Shown one piece after another: positions 23,900 through 35,350 of a stretch of DNA of 59,547 nt (the first letter of the stretch is position 1; each line of letters starts with the position of its first letter). The DNA is taken from positions 1 to 59,547 of the forward strand of contig JAUCBJ010001549.1 in the NCBI GenBank assembly GCA_032718475.1, given 5' to 3'. Under the pieces are notes generated by a model. That model saw nothing but the letters and a program-made list of their open reading frames with translations, did not search any database and was not told the origin of the DNA. The translations under genes and the position numbers were made by a program. This DNA is from Nemertoderma westbladi. Taxonomy: Eukaryota > Animalia > Xenacoelomorpha.

Positions 23900-26800
23900 C
23901 CTTTACCTTGACCGAACTTAATTGGTATTTCTTTGCATTGATCAGCTCTGTTGCCCGCCCATCACACATCGAGGACAGACTTCGCTCTTCCTCGCATATT
24001 CTATCTGATCTTGTCTGGGCAATGCTTGCCAATATCTGCAGTTCATGGTCTGATGAAGTGCGTTCGTGTGTAATTGGCACCTGTTGTTTGGATTATAGCC
24101 ATCCTTATACAGTGCGCTGCGTATCGCACTTCTGTTCGTACCTAGATCCTTACTATTCTTATTGTTTGGTTTCGGCCTACTGGGCGTGTTGGGGTTATGT
24201 TTATTTGTATTGTTATTTTTTCCCTGTCCGCTCCATGGTGTGGCCCTACCCCCGGCTACATGTGGACTAGCAGTCCCCTGCGTCACCGCGTATGGCAGCG
24301 ATTGTCTGAGCTTTGGCAATGCGTTCGCCGTGTTGTGTTCTGGTTTCGGCCTGTTGTATTCGGTCTTTGGCCCCTTTCCCAGACTATCCTCGCTATAGAC
24401 TGGGTCTGTGATCAATTCGGCTTCGTAGTTGAGGAAGCTCGACATTTCTTCTAAGCCCGGTTCCGCACCCTTCTTCTCTTGGATGGAGAAAGCAATTTTC
24501 CTCCACTTGTTGCGCAGCCATATTGGCAGTGCCTGTGCTATCGTGGTGATGTTATTAGATGCGTTGAGTTCGTATGGCGCGTCTAGCGTCTTCAACACAA
24601 TTAGCGCCTTCTCGACTTTGTTCGTAAACGTCTTTATGCTAACGGGGTTATCCTGTAGGCCACCCGATGTTATACCCCTCAGAGTCTGCTGGATGATCTT
24701 GGACGGGTGCCCGTACTCCCTGTCTAGCGCCCGCCATGCTGTCGTGAAGCCACCCTCGATGCCCTGGTACTGCCTCACGATGTCATATGCTGGACCTCCT
24801 GTATATACCTGTAGATATTTTAGGCACTCCGCCTGCGTCAGGTTCTTATTCAATATCTCATTGCTGTACATGCGCCGAAATTGCAGGTATTCTTCCGGCC
24901 TACTTCCATTGAATTAAAATGGTTCGACAGGTGGTAACTCGATTCTGGTCTTCAGTGCATCGATTAACGTAGCCATTCCCATCGCCTGTGCTTCCAATGG
25001 GTTCGATGGATGCTGTACAGATTCTCCCGTTGGGTGCGGTCCGCCCGTCCTGTCTGTTGCCCTCCTTTGCGTCGGGTATATCATTGGGGGTAACGGCCCC
25101 CTCCATATTTCCGTGTCGCAGGATCTGTTCTCGTCCAGGGGGTTCGTTGTTCTTATTCCTGTTTGAGTATATTGTTCATATTGTGATGGGGGAATGTCAC
25201 CCTGTCCCCCCCCCCCCCCCCCCCACCGGTATATTTGGTACTGGGATTGATGTTAATATATTGGGCCCATAAACCTATCTGCAATAACTCTCCCCTCCCC
25301 TGGATATATGTTATGTCCCAGCATGCTATAGTCATACTGTTGTGCTGGTACCGCTATAGCCTATCCACTTCTGGCCTACCTACCGGTATGTACTCCGCGA
25401 CCTCCGGGTTTAATCCCATCGTCCACGCTACCCTATCGCCTACATTATCTCTCCCAGCATGGCCTATAGTATGTGCAGTAAGGCCTACAGTATGTCCTGC
25501 AGTCTGTATGTATCCCTCTGGACCGAAGATTAACCTTCTCGAATAATCCAAGAAGTCCTCCCCGCGGCAACTGTACCCTCGATCGGCAGCTATATCCCGT
25601 CGGGAAGTTTCTCTCCGATCTCCTCTACTATTCTCATCCACGTACCGGTACGCCCTGTACCCCTCTCTCAGCGTATAGTACACCTCGCCAGGTCGCGTTT
25701 CTCCGGGACGACGGCAATCTCCCAGAGTTCGACCACACCGACTCTCCAACTCCATCTCTACTACCGACGGCTCGCTATCCATCCTCGCTCTCCTGTCGCT
25801 CGCAACGACACTTCTTCTACTCTCTTCTCTTCTTCTTTCTGCAGTGTAGCGTCCCCGATCACGAGATCTCTCGTCGACCTCTCGGTTAAACTCGACTGTT
25901 CTTCTTCCCTCTTCTGACTGGGCTCGACTTCTCGTCGCTCGCCCTCTCGCGACGTCAACCTCTCTCTCTCTACCCTGTCGCACGCCGCCGGGGATATTCG
26001 TAACCCCCCTACTATTCTCCGTCACCAGGTGCTGCGGTTCACCTAGTCCGTCCCGCGCATTATCCGCCGACGCCTGTGGGGCACTATCTGCCCCCCCCCC
26101 CCCCTCTCGCCGCTAGTCTCTCATCCTGGGGCCCCTGTAGCCCCCCCCCCCCCCCCCCCCACTCGCCACCTATCACTTCACTATCTCTCACTTTGCCTCT
26201 ATGCCCCTCTCTAGTCGATGCATTAACTCTACTGCGGCTGGGTCTATTCACCCCCGCCCCTCCCTCTATCACTATGTGGCCTGGCAGGCTCCCATCGGGT
26301 TGACTCACCCTCGCTACACCCTGCATATTAACTACGTGGCCTACCAGGCTCCCATCGGGGTCTCTCACCCCCGCTACCCCCTGCGTACTGATTATGTGGC
26401 CTGGCAGGCTCTCGTTGGCCGGACCACCTACGTCTGCCGCGTTTATATTAATAGCACCATTATCAATATTATTTTCTAAATTATTTAAATTATTAGAATT
26501 ATTCCGTGCTGAATTCGGGTTATTATTTAAATTATTCTGTATATTTGAATTAGAATGGGGATCATTCTGCTCGTTTGAATTAAAATTATTATTTAGATTA
26601 TTTTGCGTATTTAAATTTAAATTATTTGAATTATTTTGTATATTCGAATCTGGATTATTTGAATTTTTTGGATTATTATTTAAATTAGGATCGTTCGGAT
26701 TTAAATTACTATTATCGGGCAAAATATTATTTCCTGCAATGAAAGTTTGATTAGGGTTATCTACTACGGTACTATTAATATTAACGTCCTCTAATGTATT

Positions 26801-28169
26801 GTTATTACCCCCCCCCCCCCCCCCCCCGCCCATACGGTTACACCAGTCTTGGGTCTGTCGTCCGGTCCCTGTAAGTGGGATATTAACAAACGTTTCCATA
26901 ACTTCCGGTTCCTCGTAAATGCTACCCGAGCCAGCCTCACTCTCTGATAGTCCCAACTGCGCCAGCTCTAGTCGGCGCTTCTGCTTGGCCTGATACTGCA
27001 TAAGCCCCCTTAGCCGGGCATGCATATCATCCCACATACGCTTTCCCGCTCTCTCTCTCTCTCTCTATCCTCCCGTAAACTTTGGTCCGCAAATTCTACC
27101 TCTCTCGCCTCCAGCTCTCTACGTTCATTCACTTCTCTCACTTCTCGTTCTTTGTGCTCCGCTTTCTCCCTCGTCTCTCATTCCTCGCGCTCTTTACGCT
27201 CGCTCATCTCTCTTTCTTCCCGCTCCCTACAGTTTCTCGCCACCCTCTCGGCCCTCTCTCTACACTCCTTCGCCAGTTCCATCTCTTTCTCTAACAACGC
27301 AGTTCCCTCTTCCAACTGCCTCTCTAACTCTTTCTGGTCTATCGCCACCATGTCTAATTGACACGCCAGATCTATTTCTAACACCCTTTTTGCTTTTGCG
27401 GAGGATGTAGCGGACTTGTCAGTCGCGACGGACCCCCGTCGCCTCTCTTGTCCTACTAACTTTCCCCCGCTTTCTGGGGTTCTCGTTAACCGACGAGACC
27501 GAATCCTCGGGGTTAATCTCGGATTCGCCCTCTTGCGAGTCTGCCCAACCCACTAACTTAATTCCCCTAGCATCCACTAAATACGGCCCTATGTATACTA
27601 CTTGGGGCTCCATTATCCCGGACCGCCATAGTTCAAATAGTTCGGTGGCGACCCCCCTCGCTCTCTCACTGGCTAGTTCTCCCTGTCCAAAGCGAACTAG
27701 GTATCTAAAATGTTTATTCGACTCACCTAGTTGCTGGCTCAACTTCCCTTGGTCTACCTTTGCTCCCTCTCTGGCCTCCCTGAGCTGTTTCTTCATCGCG
27801 TTGTAGGCTCGTGGGAGCCGGTCACTGGTTCCGACGTCCTCATTGCCGACCTCTCCTCCTCCCCTCCTGGTTCGGCGTCGTACCGGCGGCCCCACCATCG
27901 CCGTTCCGGTGGGCCATCCGTCGCCCTCGGCCTGCGGCTGGCCGGCGACATCGGTACTTCGACCTCCGTCATGCGTCGACTCGTCCTCTCGACTTGCTAA
28001 TCCCTCGTTGTGGTAGACGGCCGCCCTCCGCTTGGGCTGCCGGATCGTCTCTCTCCGGCATTGCGGGCCGATACCGTCGCATCGCGGCCTCACGGATAAT
28101 TTCGTTGGTATCGTCCGGGGTCCGCGGCGGTGTCCTCTCTCCCTCTAGATCTCGGGGCTCTGTGCTCAT
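23900..28169 (-). pseudogene. BEL/Pao gag with a long N-terminal extension, broken by frameshifts and stops
   Basis: Collinear ORF fragments 28169 to 23942: coiled coil, Asn-rich tract, DUF1759-like core (YLQVYTGGPAYDIV...LDREYG), C-terminal zinc knuckles (CQLH...H...C; CPRC). Confidence 0.85.
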
Positions 28170-28231
28170 CTTTCAACTCTTCTTCCCTGGTGGCTGGCAG
28201 TCACAGTTTTAGCAGTTTGGGATTTTTGTAC

Positions 28232-28827
28232 TGTGACGGGATCAGAGGATCCCGACCGGTTTGGTTTTGTTACGCGTCACCGTGTAATTGGAAAAGAATA
28301 GTTGATTGTTGTCTTTCCAATATTGTTAATAGGTTGAAATATGATATAGAATAAGATAGCACAGTTGATTGTAATGTTATTGAGATAACAGTAATATAGA
28401 TGTTATACCGGTATTGAGATATGTTGGTAACAGCGGTGACGGTACAAAAATGTCACTGATCTGCTCTAGATGACTGAGATAACTTACCGGTAAATGAGGT
28501 ATGCTGATAATATATATTCACTCCTACGCTATTGTGGCCTTGCTACCTAGCGGATGCTTTCCCTTATCCCTGATTGGCCAATAACCTAATTCTCGGCTCC
28601 CACCTCTGTGGGAGTGTCCCCCCCCCCCCCCCCCGCTGCTGTCACTTCCCTCTCGAGGTAGCTTGACCTCTAACCTCTTTTGTGTGGCTCTTTGGGGCTA
28701 TATGTTGTCCCCGTTATTGGGGGTGATACGAGGTTAATTGTGATTAACCTCGTATTCCCCAATATTGCTGAAAACGCCACTTCCCAACTTTTATGGGGAT
28801 AGTGGAGCGGAATTGAATCCGCTCACA
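28232..28827 (-). repeat. 5' LTR of inner BEL/Pao element
   Basis: Matches 16079-16691. Followed on the + strand by the TSD GGGTT. Confidence 0.95.
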
Positions 28828-29286
28828 GGGTTGGGTTATGTAGCATTAAAATCTATTTGGTATTTTGTTTTTTGATGGGCCTGAGTGCCTGAGTACTAAC
28901 AGTGGCCCTATTGGCCCTAAATGCTAGGTAGTATCTGAGGGAATAAGACCCCATGTCCTATTTTATTGTTTTCATATTAATATCACAATCCCTCTAAAGT
29001 CGTGGTTGTCAAACATCATATAATTATATATTTAAAGGGGTATTTTCTGACATCTGCGCAATTTTGTTTAAAAATCTGATCATTTATCTGTACATACCGG
29101 TAGGTGCTAATTGGGGTTGGTTGCATTCAATGGGAAATCATGTTTGTGCATTTGGGGCTGATGGTAACATACATTGGGGGTGGGTGGTTTCAACTCTGTT
29201 TGGTGGTACGGTAGGGTTTCTAATTTGTTGGTCATTATCTTAATTTAGTGGTGCAGTTTTGTTAGGTTAGGGGTGGGGTTCATGGC

Positions 29287-29328
29287 ACACTGCTGATGAG
29301 GAGAACCACGAATCCCAGGGTTCAGTGT
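29287..29328 (+). ncRNA. Minimal type I hammerhead ribozyme-like motif (degenerate)
   Basis: ACACTG-CTGATGA-GGAGAACCAC-GAAT-CCCAGGG-TT-CAGTGT: perfect 6-bp stem I, palindromic stem III, GAAA changed to GAAT, weak stem II. Confidence 0.55.
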
Positions 29329-31329
29329 TTAAATCTCCGAACCCTTTTATTTTTATAAAATTTATTACTTAGACTTACCTTTTCGGCGGACAAAATGTCC
29401 TATATTTTTCGTAATTTATGGGATAGCCTATTTCGTGCAATACTTACCGGAACCTGTAGTTACTGTATGGTTTGGTGTAATTTTTCTTGTTCTAGTTGGG
29501 TTGGGTTATGTAGCACTAAAATCGATTTGGTATTTTGTTTTTAGATGGGCGGGCCTGAGTGCCTGAGTACTAACAGTGGCCCAAGTGGCCCTAAATGCTA
29601 GGTAGTATCTGAGGGAATAAGACCCCCATGTCCTATTTTATTGTTTTCATATTAATAAGGCCATAATGAATGTACGGGTAAATAAGAGAATTAAACAGCT
29701 TTCTAAGAATATGGGACAGTAATATGTGTCTCAATTTATTAAATAATCAACCCGTTCTAGAAATTTCCTTTAAAATATAAGAGATGTGGTTTCTGGAATG
29801 TTAACTTGGAATCAATAGTTATTCTTAAGTAATTAAAAGAACTAGTTGATTTAATTGGTTCATTATTATTATTGTTACACCGGGATGTTGATATTTTAAT
29901 AAGTTATTTGAAAAAATACAATATTCTGTTTTGTCTATATTAAGGGTGAGCCTACTGTCACAAAGCCAGTCATACAGTAAATCAGCCTGCTCGGTCATCA
30001 TCCAGTAGTGATGGTATTATCCGACCATGGCGTAGTAGAGTAGTATCATCCGCGAATAGGGTTACAAGGGAAGAGGTACAGTTAGGTAGATCTTTTATGT
30101 GTAACAAGAATAGAATCGGATCAAGGACGGATCCTTGGGGGATCCCACAAGTAATAGACCTACAAGATGAAGTATAATTATCTACTGTAACACATTGCCC
30201 TCAATTAGTAAGATAATCAGAAAATAAGGATAGAGGTTTCCCTCTGATACCGTAATTTTGAATTTTTTTAAGAAGTATGCTAAAATTGAGTGTATCGAAC
30301 GCCTTCTTAAAACCTTATAGTACATGATGATCCTAAAGATGAAGAGTGTTTGACAAAGATGAAGAGTGTTTGACTCCCAATCACCTGTTATTGCTGCGAG
30401 GTAATCCTAATTTACCAACAGGATTGATTGACAAGAGCGATTTGTATGGGTGTAAGCGCTGATCAGTTTTGGCGGAGATGGATCCACGAATATCTTCCTA
30501 CACTCCAGAAGAGATTGAACTGGAATAAACCGAATGGAAAATTTGCTGTGGGAGATGTAGTTCTCGTAGTTGATTCGAAAATAACACGAGGTAGATGGCC
30601 TCTTGGATTGGTTACCAGCATTCGTTTGGGATGTGATTGTTTCATACGGTCAGTCGAGTTGAAAGATGCATGCCTAAACGATTAGAACCCAGTTTTGTAT
30701 GAGAAATTATAAATAGATAGCTACTTGAGAGACAATATGTAATTGAATTACTTTGGTGTATTATTTATCGGGAATAAATAAAATTTGTCTGGAATAAATA
30801 CAATTTGTCATATATATGTGTGGTTGGTGATTGAAAGTGAAACTATATTTTGCTGAATAATTGAAATGTATTATGTAGAGTTTTAACAATTCCAAGAAAT
30901 ATTTGGAGAAGGTTTATTATATTTATGTTTATTTAGTAACTTTACTTTTTTATTAAGTTTCAAAATGATTTTAAGATAAATTACGTTGTTTATATTTAGT
31001 GTATGTTTGTTTATTATAATGATCGGCCTTCTGATCATTAAGGGGTGGTGATGTTACTGACATAATTTATTTGTATATTTTTTTGGACATTCAGACTTTG
31101 ATATCGGTAACCTTAATTTAAACAGTATATTGATGTGGTGCTGACTGGCTGATGTCCGTCCTGCCGCAGTACCGGTAGCGGTTCTGCATTCATTCTGAAT
31201 GTCAATGTCAGTGATTCAGACTTTGTTACCATGTCTGCCCGTCATTTCAGTGTTGCGATAAGCGCAGTGCGAAAGTGCAGTAAGGCAATTTGATAACTAT
31301 AAGAGTATCAAGTTCTGGTACTACTGCCA

Positions 31330-31480
31330 CACCTAAAAGGAGAAACAAGGAAAAAGATATGTCAAATTATAGTGGTATTGCAATCCTCCACATACTTGGC
31401 AAACTCTGGGAAATTGTAATCAACAGTGAATTCCAATCAAAAATACTAATGTCGCCCCTACCTACAACTAGGATACATTA
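31330..31480 (+). mobile_element. Short LINE RT fragment
   Basis: PKRRNKEKDMSNYSGIAILHILGKLWEIVIN resembles the non-LTR RT N-terminal NYR.I.LL...K motif. Confidence 0.5.
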
Positions 31481-31656
31481 AAGGTATACACAATGAAATT
31501 CTCCTCCTAATGGCTAATAAACTAATGCAGCGGTTTTAACAGTGGGAACACAACTTCTCTCCTCTCATAAATACATTTTTAAAGCGTGGTAAGTACATAT
31601 TAGCGAGTGAAAATAGTAATGAATAAAAATAACAAATGTATGCCATATCAACTCAC

Positions 31657-32181
31657 CTTATATAAACTGCCAGCCAAGCTGTAGCAAGCCAAGTTACCAC
31701 CACCTAGGGTAAAAGCTTCAATGATACGACAAACGAAACAAAGAACAATATAATATACACCAGGTGGACCCAAATCCAATATGCCAAATAAAGCCATACA
31801 AGAACCAGCCAATATATATCCTGATATTAATACAAACTTAACCCCAATATTTGGTATAAAATTTCCGAAAATGATGTACGAAAGACACCTTATTCCAGCA
31901 TAGACACCAAACAGTATGCCAACAAGAGATTCATTAAAGCCACGAGTTACAGCCCTGGTAGTAAAGAATGCAGCAGGTAGAGAGAAACACATTCCTGCAC
32001 TGAAAGATTGGATAACCAACAGGATTGTATTAGTAAGCCGATGTCTAATAAACCTCCATAAAATATTCCTGGAATTTTTTCTTGAAATGATTGTTGAATC
32101 ACAAGCGTCTTCATCAGGTTTACTAGTAGTTTTATTATCTTCACTTAAATCAATGTCTGATAGAGCTATGATTTCTTTCAT
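31657..32181 (-). CDS. SLC18B1: SLC18B1-like MFS transporter, copy A, first coding exon
   Basis: ATG at 32181 (MKEIIALSD, shared with copy B). Donor AAG|GTGAGT at 31657/31656, phase 0. Joined with 5825-4911 it gives ~479 aa. Confidence 0.78.
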
Positions 32182-33379
32182 TGTAACAATTATTAGAATT
32201 AGTATATATAGGTGGTGACAAAGCAATACGAAAAAGCTCAGCTAGGCAGTTGTTGCGTTTTTTCTGTTGATTTATGACTTACCAATGGAACACATGCATA
32301 GCACTGATTATAGGCCTAATTAAAAGAATTATGATAATGTATAAAGTAAAAATGTCTTCAGACTGCTGTCTGATTTGATGTGCTGCAACAAAATATAACA
32401 TCTACGTTTTATTCTTAATAGATACCATAATTAATACCATAAAAGCCTACATAAAACTTTGTTGCACATGCGTTTCTGATCAATGAGTCGAAAAAATAGA
32501 AGGTTGAAATTGTGTGTCAAAAGGTCAAGTTGTGCCCCATGTACATCATTTTATTATTATTACTCATTTGGTAACTACATCATTTATTGATTTGGTTAGA
32601 AAAAGCCATATATGTAACCTGCTCCTTTCTCTGAATTAGCAATGATATCATTTATTGTTTTGGTTAGAATAGTAGTAACATGTTATTGTTTCTCAGTAAT
32701 TCATTGACCTAAAATATTTGGAGCTCATTCATACTATCATAATATACTTGTACAGAATCAAGAGAGCCCCACAAGAAATGTATATTGTATATTGCTGCAA
32801 ATCTGTAATCTGTAGGGCCCATAATTGAATTATATTGAATCGCATCTGTTATCCTATTGAGAGACTCTTACATATGAACCAGAATGGGTTACATAAAGGT
32901 TGGGGGACATTGGAGCCCGTTGTCATCTAGGGTGACACCCATACACAGTATGTATTCATAATTGTGGTGGATTATATTCCACCATGTCCTTAAACCACCA
33001 TAATAAAGATGGGGTGTGGGGTGATGGTAACACCCCGTACTAGCACCAGAAGTTCAGTAAATCCAGCAAAGTACATAAGTCATCTAGACTTTGCTAATGA
33101 CTTTGAGTACCTATGGAATCACTCAAGGTAGTCCAATGGTGCTCATATTCAAAACATGTCAATGTGAGCAGTGTGACATTATATTTATATGATAATAACC
33201 CTGCAGTGAAAGGCTAAAATGCAAAGTTTTGCTGAAATGAAATGTTTTTATCGAATTGAGACTGTTGCTGAAATTCAAATTTTGCCGAATCGCAACTTTT
33301 CGCAAAGATGCCTTTTTTGGCTTATTTGTAACTTTGGGTTTTGGTACTTTCCAAAACACGACATAACATGACCAACTTT

Positions 33380-34700
33380 TGTTTGGTGGCTATAGGCATA
33401 GGCGACAGACAATCCCCAATAATTTGAGATATTGGATTTGCTGCTATAGACCAGAGAATGGGTGTAAAGTTTTGCTAAAAACTGACCCCGATCCTATGTA
33501 TTTTAATCCCATGTTTACAAGTGAACATAATCATGCACTGGATATGGACATAGAAAAGGCAAATATTGCCTGAAATGAAATGAAGGAGTTGGCCAAGCAG
33601 AGACCACATGATAGTGCAGGTGAGTTATCACCAGGTATTCGCTAGTGTTGATGACAGTGTGGCAGCTGTGTTGACCAATAAATTAAGTGCCACAAGATCC
33701 TTAACTGACTTAGAATGAGAGCTAGGCCTCCATTGCCAGCAAACGCAGAGGATCTTCAATTACTGCCAATGTACTAAATGCGTACATTAAACAACAGTGA
33801 GGAGTTCATCTTAGTTTATGAACTTTTAGAGGGAAAACGTTTCATCATGTTTGCCAGCAGACGAACTTTCGAAAAACTAAACAATGTCAATGAGTGGTAT
33901 CTCGATGGTACCTTCGACAAGATACCAATAATATTCATGCAACATTATAGTCTGCACGTCTTTTCAACACTTTCCAATTGTGTATAGCTTGCCTCGTTAA
34001 AAGGGTGCTGAAACCTATAAGCGATTCATAAATGTTGTCAAGCATTTCGCCCAAATGTGTGATATACATATACCACTGGCAGGCCATCATGTAATATCGG
34101 ATTGCAAAACAGGTCTGGTGGCAGCATTATCAGTAATCACATTTGCTATTTCCATTTCTGTCAAGCAAATTTCCATGAAATGCAACATTTGGGACTGACA
34201 ATTCTGACTGATTATCTGGAAAATACTGAAAAAAAGATGATGGTTAGTATCCTGGCTGTTGTGTTTCTACCCTTGGATGAAGTTGTAGAATTAGTACATA
34301 AGATTCAGATTGTGATTAACGCTACCTATCAACCTATCACTATTTACTTAAACTACTTCGTTAATCAATGGATGAATAATGTCCCTCCATTAATGTGGAA
34401 CGTTCATTGGATGGTGAGGCAAACGAATAATGACTTGGAAGCTTGGCATGGGATGTTGAATCGTAGCATTGGTGGATCCCATATTGATATTTTCCAATTT
34501 CTATATTGGATTCAAACATAAGACAAAGTTACCACAAATACCATCATTCAGCTTGAAGCTGGTCAACGCATGAAGCAGGTAGCTAAAATATACAAAGATA
34601 TATAGCTGCGGATTTATAGGCTCACTCCTGATTATATCAATGGACATGCGCCTCGATCAGTATTACTGCAGGGAATCACATACAACTTGGGTGAACTTCC
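33380..34700 (+). pseudogene. Decayed MULE (Mutator-like) transposase with FLYWCH-like N-terminus
   Basis: YWICC...C...EHNH; WYLDGTFD.IP..FMQHYSLH; ICYFHFCQA; RQTNNDLEAWH. Many stops. Confidence 0.8.
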
Positions 34701-35144
34701 TGTTCCTGTGCGTATTGAAAATAACTTGCCACAGATGCATGATGATATAAACAACATCCCATGGCAATTTTTTGAGTATCTACCAATCCTCTCTAAGCCC
34801 ACCAATTACCCCCACTAGCCCTGGCCCCACTTACTCTACCCCCACCACCACGGGGTCGTTTGGCCATGGTGCAGCCATATCTAGCACCAATACAATGGGG
34901 CCTACCTCAAATAGTCCCTCAAATGGTGCTCATATTCAACACATGTCAATGTGAGCAGTGTGACATTACATTTGTATGATAATAACCCTGCAGTAAAATG
35001 CTAATAATAATCTTCCCAAAATGCAAACATTTGCTGAAATGAAATGTTTTTATCGAATCGAGACTGTTGCTGAAATGCAAATTTTTCCGAACCGCGACTT
35101 TTTTGCAAATATTTATTTTTTGTGTGGAGATTTTTGGCATACAA

Positions 35145-35350
35145 TGTTAGAGGAATTGCAAGTGAATGTCAAAGTTATATACAGATAGCAATCGGCTCTA
35201 TGACAACTTAAATACTCTTAGCAATGCTCCATCTGAGAAGCATCTAAAGATTGAGCTCTCGGTCAATAGACAAGCAATGTCTGAGAATGGGCTGCAATTA
35301 CATCTTATTGATTCAATGAAAAATCGGGCAGATATACATACTAACTAAGG
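35145..35350 (+). mobile_element. Ty1/Copia RNase H remnant
   Basis: YTDSNRLYDNL...SEKHLKIEL...LIDSMKNRADIHT resembles Copia TDS.SL.D...EKRL.ID...QLAD.LTK. Confidence 0.55.

Larger units (their letters stand above)
16079..28827 (-). mobile_element. Near full-length BEL/Pao LTR retrotransposon with an extra 3' ORF (12.7 kb)
   Basis: TG...CA LTRs at 16079-16691 and 28232-28827. 5-bp TSD GGGTT (16074-16078 and 28828-28832). PPT next to 16692. Domain order gag-PR-RT-RH-INT. Confidence 0.95.
15841..29653 (+). mobile_element. Penelope/retrozyme-like non-coding repeat: ~670-bp monomer plus partial tandem copy plus inverted terminal piece
   Basis: 12-bp TSD AATAAGGCCATA at 15829-15840 and 29654-29665. 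15905-16078 joined to 28833 onward repeats at 29330-29653. 15841-15904 is the reverse complement of ~28956-29019. Hammerhead-like motif at 29287-29328. Confidence 0.65.
14937..30312 (-). mobile_element. 5'-truncated L2/Crack-like LINE split by a 13.8-kb insertion (pieces 29654-30312 and 14937-15840)
   Basis: Minus-strand RT motifs GIPQGSVL.PILFL, LFADDTT and YGLIAWGCTY...KLRILPL. (TTCAA)n tail at 14937-14952. The two halves rejoin at the duplicated AATAAGGCCATA. Confidence 0.8.
6744..31325 (+). mobile_element. Old, fragmented BEL/Pao LTR retrotransposon (outer element) interrupted by nested insertions
   Basis: LTR remnants 6744-6895 and 31181-31325 match. PPT AAGGGGTGGTGA at 31040-31051 is followed by TGTTAC. 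Pol pieces occur in order: GDIEGMFNKV/NFYVDD (7550-7830), YDPLG/HFFSDAS (8135-8385), FANRV...NPAD (10905-11030), integrase zinc finger (12090-13250), EAILNSRPLT (14870-14935), LTPNHLL/FWRRWIHEYLP (30320-30685). Confidence 0.85.

Noticed and set aside
29293-29341. Alternative hammerhead fold using GGAGA/TCTCC as stem II followed by GAA(A)
   Set aside because: No stem III or stem I can be formed downstream; the compact fold with ACACTG/CAGTGT fits better.
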